This document shows, piece after piece, positions 6,966 through 12,660 of a DNA stretch of 12,660 nucleotides (position 1 is its first letter; each line of letters opens with the position of its first letter). Made by a program: the position numbers and the translations under genes. Origin of the DNA: Candidatus Micrarchaeota archaeon (GTDB taxonomy: Archaea; Micrarchaeota; Micrarchaeia; Anstonellales; Anstonellaceae); NCBI GenBank assembly GCA_013331805.1, contig DUFS01000050.1, positions 7,562 to 20,221 on the forward strand. The letters run 5' to 3'. The notes beneath the pieces are model-generated. The model did not search any database, was not told the DNA's origin, and was given only the letters and a program-made list of their open reading frames with translations.

Positions 6966-7754
6966 ATGGAAAACATGAAGGTAGTCATACTGTGCGGTGG
7001 CGAGGGCACGCGCCTGCGCGAGGAAACCGAATACAAGCCAAAGCCAATGGTCACAGTGGGGGGCCTCCCGATACTTTGGCACATAATGAAAATATACTCG
7101 CACTTCGGCTTCAACGAGTTCGTGCTCTGCCTTGGCTACAGGGGGGAAATGATAAAGCAGTTTTTCCTCAGCCGCGAGCTTATGAGCAACGACATAACCA
7201 TCAGGCTGAATGACCGGGAACACGACATTGTGCACCGCGAGAAGGATGATGACGACTGGACGATAACATTCGCAGAGACCGGTCTCAAGTCGCAAACCGG
7301 CTCGCGCATCAAGCGGATAGAGAAGTACATCGGCTCGGACAATTTCCTGGCGACTTACGGTGATGCCGTGTCCAACATCGACATAAAAGACGAGATTGCA
7401 TTCCATCGGAAGAAGGGCGCGCTTGCTACCCTTGCAGGGGTGCATCCACACTCCAAGTTCGGGCTGGTGTCTGCCGAAAAGAACGGCATGGTGGAAAAAT
7501 TCGTGGAAAAGCCGGTGCTTTATGATTATGTGAATGGTGGATTTTACGTATTCAGGAGGGACATATTTGACTATCTGGATGCGGACGAATCCTGCGTCCT
7601 TGAGACGGGCCCTTTCACTGCACTTTCTGAAAAGAGGCAGCTTGCGATGTACAGGCACGAAGGCTTCTGGCATTCGATGGACACCTACAAGGATTACCTT
7701 GAGCTGAACAAGATGTGTGACGAAGAAAAGACCCCGTGGAAAATGTGGAAATAA
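6966..7754 (+). CDS. rfbF: Glucose-1-phosphate cytidylyltransferase
   Basis: KVVILCGGEGTRLREETEYKPKPMV, PILWHIMKIYSH, TGSRIKR, TYGD, GFWHSMDTYKD, PWKMW. Start is ATG 6966 or 6975. Confidence 0.93.
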   Translation: MENMKVVILCGGEGTRLREETEYKPKPMVTVGGLPILWHIMKIYSHFGFNEFVLCLGYRGEMIKQFFLSRELMSNDITIRLNDREHDIVHREKDDDDWTITFAETGLKSQTGSRIKRIEKYIGSDNFLATYGDAVSNIDIKDEIAFHRKKGALATLAGVHPHSKFGLVSAEKNGMVEKFVEKPVLYDYVNGGFYVFRRDIFDYLDADESCVLETGPFTALSEKRQLAMYRHEGFWHSMDTYKDYLELNKMCDEEKTPWKMWK

Positions 7755-7773
7755 AAAAAGTGGTGTGGTGCTT

Positions 7774-8757
7774 ATGGACTGGAACGGAAAGAGCGTCCTT
7801 GTGACCGGGGCTACCGGGCTTTTGGGGGCGCATGTCGCGAAAAAGCTTGCCCAGCAGGGAGCTGAAGTCGTGGCAATTGTCAGGGACGACGTGCCTAAAG
7901 CCTATTTTTACTCCGAGGGGCTTGACAGGAAAGTCTCTTCTGTCCGCGGCGGCCTGGAAGACTACTCCCTGGTCGAGAGGGCGATGAACGAGTATGAGAC
8001 TGAAGTCTGCCTGCACCTTGGGGCACAGGCCATCGTCACAACCGCCAACCGTTCCCCCCTTTCAACTTTTGAGGCGAACATAAAGGGTACCTGGAACGTC
8101 CTGGAGGCGGCAAGGAACAGCAACCTGCTGAAATCCCTGGTGGTGGCTTCCACGGACAAGGCATACGGGACTGGCAGCAATTTGCCATACCGGGAAACCG
8201 ACCGGCTGGCAGCCAGCCACCCTTACGACGTTTCCAAAGCCTGCGCGGACATGCTGTGCTCAGCGTATTTTCACACCTATGACCTGCCCGTCGGGGTGAC
8301 CCGGTGCGGCAACATATTCGGAGAGGGCGACCTGAACTTCAGCCGCATTGTTCCGGGAACAACACGCTCCATAATCATGGGGCAGCGGCCAGTGATAAGA
8401 AGCGATGGCAAGATGGTCAGAGACTATATCTACGTTGATGACGTTGTGGATGCCAACCTTGCCCTTGCGCAGGCAGTGCTTGAGGGAAAGTGTAGGGGAG
8501 ATGCTTTCAATTTCAGCTATGAGCAGCCTAAAAGCGTGCTTGAATTGGTGGACTGCATACGGAAGGCCATGAAGTCCAGTCTTGAGCCAATAGTCCTCAA
8601 TCAGGCTTCGAACGAAATCAGGGAGCAGTACCTTTCCTGCAGGAAAGCGAGGGAGAAGCTCGGCTGGAAGCCAAAGATTGATTTCGATGGCGGCCTGAAG
8701 AGAACCATCGGATGGTACGAGGGCTGTCTTAAGAAAGCCCGAGGGCGATTCCCATAA
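7774..8757 (+). CDS. rfbG: CDP-glucose 4,6-dehydratase (extended SDR)
   Basis: VLVTGATGLLG, HLGAQAIV, ASTDKAY (Asp-Lys pair typical of CDP-Glc dehydratases rather than the TDE of RmlB), YDVSK, RCGNIFGEGDLN. Directly follows rfbF, with GGTG RBS motifs at 7762-7770. Confidence 0.82.
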   Translation: MDWNGKSVLVTGATGLLGAHVAKKLAQQGAEVVAIVRDDVPKAYFYSEGLDRKVSSVRGGLEDYSLVERAMNEYETEVCLHLGAQAIVTTANRSPLSTFEANIKGTWNVLEAARNSNLLKSLVVASTDKAYGTGSNLPYRETDRLAASHPYDVSKACADMLCSAYFHTYDLPVGVTRCGNIFGEGDLNFSRIVPGTTRSIIMGQRPVIRSDGKMVRDYIYVDDVVDANLALAQAVLEGKCRGDAFNFSYEQPKSVLELVDCIRKAMKSSLEPIVLNQASNEIREQYLSCRKAREKLGWKPKIDFDGGLKRTIGWYEGCLKKARGRFP

Positions 8758-9626
8758 AAATACTGATCCTTGGGGCAACCGGCGTGGTAGGGCACCATTT
8801 CACGATGGAACTTGCAAAACGCCACCGCATCGTCACTGCTTCCAAAAGCTCAGGCACAACAGACTACCGCATAGACGCTTCCAGGGCTGCCGAGCTTGAA
8901 ATGGCGGTAAGGGGCTGCAGGCCCGAACTGGTGGTAAACGCCGTCAAGCCCCCGCTTTCGACTGACGGGATGGAAAAGTACAGGGAAGCCGCGTATGCCC
9001 TCAATGCCGCCCTTCCGGAAAGGCTGGCTGCGCTTGGGAAGAAATACGGCTTCACGCTCGTCCAGATAAGCACGGATTGGGTCTACCCAGGGGAAAGGGG
9101 CGAAATCTACTCCGAGCAATCTTTAACTTATCCGAAGAACTATTATGCGCACACCAAAATGCTGGGGGAAGAGAGGGCGTGGCACATCAGCGGAGGCAAG
9201 TGCCTGGTGCTGAGGACTGAGGGGGTTTTTGGCTATGACAATAGGGGTTCCAACATCTTCCTGAGACTGAAAAATGCGAAGAAGGCAGGGAAGCCCGTCT
9301 TCGCCGCAAGCGATCAGTACTCCCAGCCCATTTACGGAGGCGAACTTGCTAGGCTTGCGTCAAGGCTCCTCGAGAAGGGCAAGACAGGGATTTTCAATGC
9401 TGTCGGGCGAGATTACCTGAGCAGGCTGGAGTTTGTGAGGGCAGCCTGCAGGCGCTTCGCATTCGAGGCCAGGGTGGCGCCCTATTCGGCAGTCAGCCGC
9501 GGGCTGCGGATTCCCCAGTATCTTAAAGTGGATGTGCGAAAAGTAGAGAGGATCGCAGGCCGAATAAGACCGCTTGGCAGACAATTCGACGAGCTGGAAC
9601 ACGAGTGGTTGGAATGGGAATCATAA
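8754..9626 (+). CDS. RmlD-like NDP-4-keto-sugar reductase (extended SDR); probable non-canonical ATA start
   Basis: QISTDWVYPG, PKNYYAHTK (YxxxK), LRTEGVFG, DQYSQPIY, GIFN. The Rossmann strand KILILGATGVVG begins in frame upstream of the ORF-track start (GTG 8784), from ATA 8754. Confidence 0.8.
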   Translation: MKILILGATGVVGHHFTMELAKRHRIVTASKSSGTTDYRIDASRAAELEMAVRGCRPELVVNAVKPPLSTDGMEKYREAAYALNAALPERLAALGKKYGFTLVQISTDWVYPGERGEIYSEQSLTYPKNYYAHTKMLGEERAWHISGGKCLVLRTEGVFGYDNRGSNIFLRLKNAKKAGKPVFAASDQYSQPIYGGELARLASRLLEKGKTGIFNAVGRDYLSRLEFVRAACRRFAFEARVAPYSAVSRGLRIPQYLKVDVRKVERIAGRIRPLGRQFDELEHEWLEWES

Positions 9627-10162
9627 AAATCGAGAAGCTTCCTCTGGAAGGAAGCCTACTGCTGCATTCTTTCAGGATCAGTGACAGCCGAGGCGAATTC
9701 GTAAAGCAGGCTGACGCCGCGCTGCTCGAGGAACTCAGCTTTTCCATTAGGGATGTGTTCTATTCTGCCAGCAGGAAAAACGTGGTTCGAGGGCTCCATT
9801 ACCAGCTGCCTCATCCGCAGACGAAGATGGTTTTTTGCCCGAAAGGAGCCATATTCGATGTAATGGTCGACCTCAGGAGAAACTCGGAAACTTACGGAAA
9901 ATGGCATGGTGAGGTGCTTTCTGAAAAAAACAGCCGCGCTGCATATGTTCCAAAAGGCTTTGCACACGGCTTTGCCTCCCTGGAGGAAGGCTCAATAACT
10001 GTGTACTTGGCTGACGAGAAGTACGAGCCGGAGAATGACACGGGCTTGCGCTACGACGACGCTGATGTCGGAATTGGATGGAAAATTCGGAAGGGCACTG
10101 AAGTCGTTTCCAAGCGTGACCGGGCGTTCCCATTCCTGAAAAATGCAGAGATATACGATTAA
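9614..10162 (+). CDS. RmlC-like NDP-4-keto-6-deoxyhexose (3,)5-epimerase (cupin)
   Basis: DSRGEF, RGLHYQ, GAIFDVMVDLRRNSETYGKW, YVPKGFAHGF, GIGW, SKRD. ATG 9614 overlaps the upstream gene by 13 nt. Nucleotide specificity (dTDP or CDP) cannot be determined. Confidence 0.9.
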   Translation: MGIIKIEKLPLEGSLLLHSFRISDSRGEFVKQADAALLEELSFSIRDVFYSASRKNVVRGLHYQLPHPQTKMVFCPKGAIFDVMVDLRRNSETYGKWHGEVLSEKNSRAAYVPKGFAHGFASLEEGSITVYLADEKYEPENDTGLRYDDADVGIGWKIRKGTEVVSKRDRAFPFLKNAEIYD

Positions 10163-10172
10163 GGCGGGCATT

Positions 10173-11492
10173 ATGGCAAGCGAAGCTGAAAAGCTGAGGA
10201 AGCTGATATTGAAAAAGACTGCCGAATTTCAGAGAGCGAGAGCAAAGACTGTAGTGGAGTTTGACCGGAACACCCCGAGGGTGGAGGTTTCCGGAAGGGT
10301 TTTTGATGAACATGACGTTGCCGCCCTTGTTGACGCGTCGCTGGAGTTCTGGCTGACAGCAGGAAGGTTCGCGGACAGATTTGAAAGCGAGCTTGCTGAC
10401 CTGTTCGGGCTCAGGCACGCCATGATGGTGAACTCTGGCTCCTCGGCCAACCTCGTGGCCCTTTCAGCGCTCACCAGCAGGTTCCTTGGGGAAAGAAGGC
10501 TTCGGAGGGGGGACGAGGTGATAACCTCAGCCGTGTCTTTCCCGACCACGGTTAATCCGATATTCCAGAATGGGCTGGTGGCTGTGTTCGTGGATGCGGA
10601 ACTCGACACTTACAATGTGGACCTGCTCAAAATCGAGGAGGCGATAACCAGCAGGACAAAGGCTGTCATGGTCGCCCACATGCTCGGCAACCCGTTTGAT
10701 GCAGCAAGGCTTTCGGAGATATGCCGCAAACACGGGCTGTTCCTGATTGAGGACTGCTGCGATGCATTGGGGGCGAAGACGGGTGGAAAGATGGCTGGGA
10801 CTTTCGGTGATTTTGCCACCCTGAGCTTTTACCCGGCTCACCACATAACAACCGGAGAAGGGGGGGCTGTGCTGACCGACAACCCGGTGCTGAAGCGCGC
10901 GGCAGAATCCATGCGCGACTGGGGCAGGGATTGCTGGTGCAAGCCTGGCTGTGACAACACTTGTGGAAAGAGGTTCGGGTGGAAGATGGGAGGGCTGCCG
11001 AGCGGCTATGACCACAAATACATTTACTCGAATATAGGCTACAACCTCAAGGCAACGGACATGCAGGCGGCATTGGGCTCATCGCAGCTGAAAAAACTGG
11101 AGAAATTCGTGGCTGCAAGAAAGGAGAATTTCGACTTTTACCTGGAGTTCTTCAGGAAGCATGCGGAACACTTCGTGCTGCCCAGGGCTTATCCCGGGGC
11201 TGAGCCAAGCCCGTTCGGCTACCTGATAAATATCCGTCAGGGCGCACCTTTCGAAAGGAATGATATGGCTGCTTACCTGGAGGGAAGGGGCATTGCGACC
11301 AGGATGCTTTTTGGCGGCAACATAGTCAGGCAGCCGGCATATAATGGGGAAAACTTTCGTGTTGTCGGCACCTTGGAAAACGCGGACAGGCTGATGAACA
11401 ACACCTTCTGGATAGGGGTCTATCCTGCAATCACCGGCGAGATGAGGGAGTATGTGGCTGGCGTGATTGAAGAATTTTTATCAAAATATTGA
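10173..11492 (+). CDS. rfbH: CDP-4-keto-6-deoxy-D-glucose 3-dehydrase E1 (PMP/[2Fe-2S])
   Basis: DegT-fold protein: VNSGSSANL, FPTTVNPI, EDCCDALG, SFYPAHHITTGEGG (His at the position of the Schiff-base Lys), Cys cluster DCWCKPGCDNTC, GYDHKYIYSNIGYNLK. Confidence 0.93.
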   Translation: MASEAEKLRKLILKKTAEFQRARAKTVVEFDRNTPRVEVSGRVFDEHDVAALVDASLEFWLTAGRFADRFESELADLFGLRHAMMVNSGSSANLVALSALTSRFLGERRLRRGDEVITSAVSFPTTVNPIFQNGLVAVFVDAELDTYNVDLLKIEEAITSRTKAVMVAHMLGNPFDAARLSEICRKHGLFLIEDCCDALGAKTGGKMAGTFGDFATLSFYPAHHITTGEGGAVLTDNPVLKRAAESMRDWGRDCWCKPGCDNTCGKRFGWKMGGLPSGYDHKYIYSNIGYNLKATDMQAALGSSQLKKLEKFVAARKENFDFYLEFFRKHAEHFVLPRAYPGAEPSPFGYLINIRQGAPFERNDMAAYLEGRGIATRMLFGGNIVRQPAYNGENFRVVGTLENADRLMNNTFWIGVYPAITGEMREYVAGVIEEFLSKY

Positions 11493-11500
11493 AAAAATCA
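11490..11500. terminator. Convergent junction with 5-bp gap; oligo-T tract on minus strand as possible archaeal terminator
   Basis: TGA-AAAAA-TCA. The minus transcript reads TGA TTTTTT CAATATTTT directly after its stop. Confidence 0.3.
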
Positions 11501-12439
11501 TTTTGGAAGGACGCTGTCCTTGTTTTTCCGGAACCACTCGATTGTCTTTTCTAGCCCGTCTTCAAGTGAAGTCATCTTCGTTTCTGGAAGGAGCCTGCGC
11601 ATTTTTGCCGCATCCAGGAACTTGGACTTGGCACCAACGTATTTGCTGGTGTCGAATTTGATTTTTGAAAAGTCGTAGCCCACCTTGCTGCATATCATCT
11701 TGGCAAATTCCCGGATAGAGTGCTCCTCGCCTGCGCCTATGTTCACAAGCGTGTTTTCCGCCTTTTCATCGAGCAAAACCAATGCTTCCACAAAATCATC
11801 CACGTAAACCAGCTCGCGCTTCTGGTAGCCGTCGCCCCAAAGCACCACAGACTCGCCGTAGAGCTTGCCGCGCATTATCTTGCGGATGAGGTCAAATATG
11901 AAGTGCATCTGCCTGCCGTCAGTATGGTAGCCTGGTCCGTAAAGGGTGGAGGGCACCAGGCAGAGGTATTTCAACCCAAACTGCCTGTTAAGGGCACGCA
12001 CCCCCTGGTAGAGCATGCGCTTGGTCATCGCATATGTATAGAGGCTATCGATCGGCTCACCTGCCATGTAGTTTTCCTCCTTCAGGGGAAGCGACGGGTC
12101 GTAGGAGCAGCTTGAGCCCATGAAAATGAGCTTTGCCTGGGGCTGGTGTTTCTTCCAGTAGTTGAGGACGTTGGTGTTGATCTGCTGGTTGATTATCCAC
12201 TGCTCCCCAGCATGATAGAGGCAGAAGTCGCCTGCCTGCGTCCAAGCGGCAAGATGGTAAATCTGGTCGAACTTGCCCTTTTCAGAAGAGAGGAACTTTT
12301 CGAGCGCGCCTTGCCTTGTAAGGTCGCATTTTTTTGATTCGGTTTTTACAACTTTATGCCCAGCAGCCTCCAGCTTAGGCATTAGATGACTACCCAGGAA
12401 ACCCGATGCGCCGGTCACAAGTATTCTCATCTTTCCCAT
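11498..12439 (-). CDS. GDP-L-fucose-synthase (Fcl/WcaG)-like NAD(P)-dependent epimerase/reductase
   Basis: ILVTGASGFLG, HLAA, FMGSSCSY, YAMTK, PSTLYGP, HFIFDLIRK, LWGDGYQKRE, NIGAG, FDTSK. Start ATG 12439 with GGAGA RBS. Confidence 0.85.
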   Translation of the reverse strand: MGKMRILVTGASGFLGSHLMPKLEAAGHKVVKTESKKCDLTRQGALEKFLSSEKGKFDQIYHLAAWTQAGDFCLYHAGEQWIINQQINTNVLNYWKKHQPQAKLIFMGSSCSYDPSLPLKEENYMAGEPIDSLYTYAMTKRMLYQGVRALNRQFGLKYLCLVPSTLYGPGYHTDGRQMHFIFDLIRKIMRGKLYGESVVLWGDGYQKRELVYVDDFVEALVLLDEKAENTLVNIGAGEEHSIREFAKMICSKVGYDFSKIKFDTSKYVGAKSKFLDAAKMRRLLPETKMTSLEDGLEKTIEWFRKNKDSVLPK

Positions 12440-12440
12440 A

Positions 12441-12659
12441 TCAGATCTCCTTTGGGTCCACTGGGAAATAAAATTCCACGCCCTTTTCGATGAGCTGCCT
12501 GTTGTTTTCCAAAATCTCCTTCTTGAAGTTCCAGGCCAGCACATAGTAGATGTCCGGAGGTTCACGAATTTCGCTCTCAAGTACCACTGGGATGTGCATT
12601 CCTGGGGAATACAGCCCTTTGCGCATGGGATTTTTTTCCACCAGGCAGCTTATGTAATC
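12441..12659 (-). CDS. NDP-hexose C-methyltransferase, C-terminal fragment (5'-partial)
   Basis: Frame is open to the window edge (DYISCLVEKNP...). EKNPMRKGLYSPGMHIPV...PDIYYVLAWNFKKEI...G.EFYFP matches the C-terminal domain pattern of sugar C-methyltransferases. Confidence 0.8.
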   Translation of the reverse strand, partial: DYISCLVEKNPMRKGLYSPGMHIPVVLESEIREPPDIYYVLAWNFKKEILENNRQLIEKGVEFYFPVDPKEI

Positions 12660-12660
12660 A

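Noticed and set aside
6852..7673. 273-aa minus-strand ORF, and other antisense or alternate-frame ORFs such as 6223..6798, 1576..2058, 9873..10418 and 4986..5462
   Set aside because: They are shadows of well-supported genes and have no recognisable motifs.
8754..10162. Calling these genes rmlD/rmlC of a standard dTDP-rhamnose pathway
   Set aside because: There is no rmlA/rmlB in the window, the genes are embedded among CDP-pathway genes, and the reductase deviates from the RmlD NAAAYT motif (NAVKPP). Symbols were withheld.
10173..11492. Annotation as DegT/DnrJ aminotransferase
   Set aside because: The catalytic Lys position is His and the Fe-S cysteine motif is present, which indicates E1 dehydrase.
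1..12660. CRISPR array, tRNA/rRNA, defence or retroelement genes
   Set aside because: No regularly spaced repeats or recognisable RNA genes were seen, and nearly all sequence is accounted for by the CDSs and IS elements listed.

Overview
This window is part of a surface-polysaccharide (glycan) biosynthesis locus, most likely archaeal. The archaeal call rests on an ISH3-type transposase, a BRE/TATA-like promoter at ~6884-6898 and GGTG/GTGAT-type ribosome-binding sites. The + strand carries, in order: the 3' part of an ISH3-family IS, three GT2-fold glycosyltransferases (two diverged membrane-associated paralogues flanking an RfbV/WbaV-like enzyme), a class I SAM methyltransferase, and a CDP-sugar operon. 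That operon is rfbF, rfbG, an RmlD-like reductase, an RmlC-like epimerase and the rfbH/ddhC E1 3-dehydrase, which resembles a CDP-3,6-dideoxy-L-hexose (ascarylose-type) pathway without E3. A complete 1437-bp single-ORF IS66 (ISBst12-like; 12-bp IRs, 8-bp target duplication) sits in the last codons of the third glycosyltransferase. A convergent minus-strand operon ends in the window with an NDP-sugar C-methyltransferase (partial) and a GDP-fucose-synthase-like epimerase/reductase, suggesting a branched-chain sugar. Notable details: the reductase appears to need a non-canonical ATA start overlapping the upstream stop (ATAA); the IS66 end supplies stop codons on both strands; and the ISH3 element has a ~185-nt hairpin-rich non-coding tail ending 9 bp before a glycosyltransferase start. 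All family assignments come from motifs recognised by eye, not from database searches.
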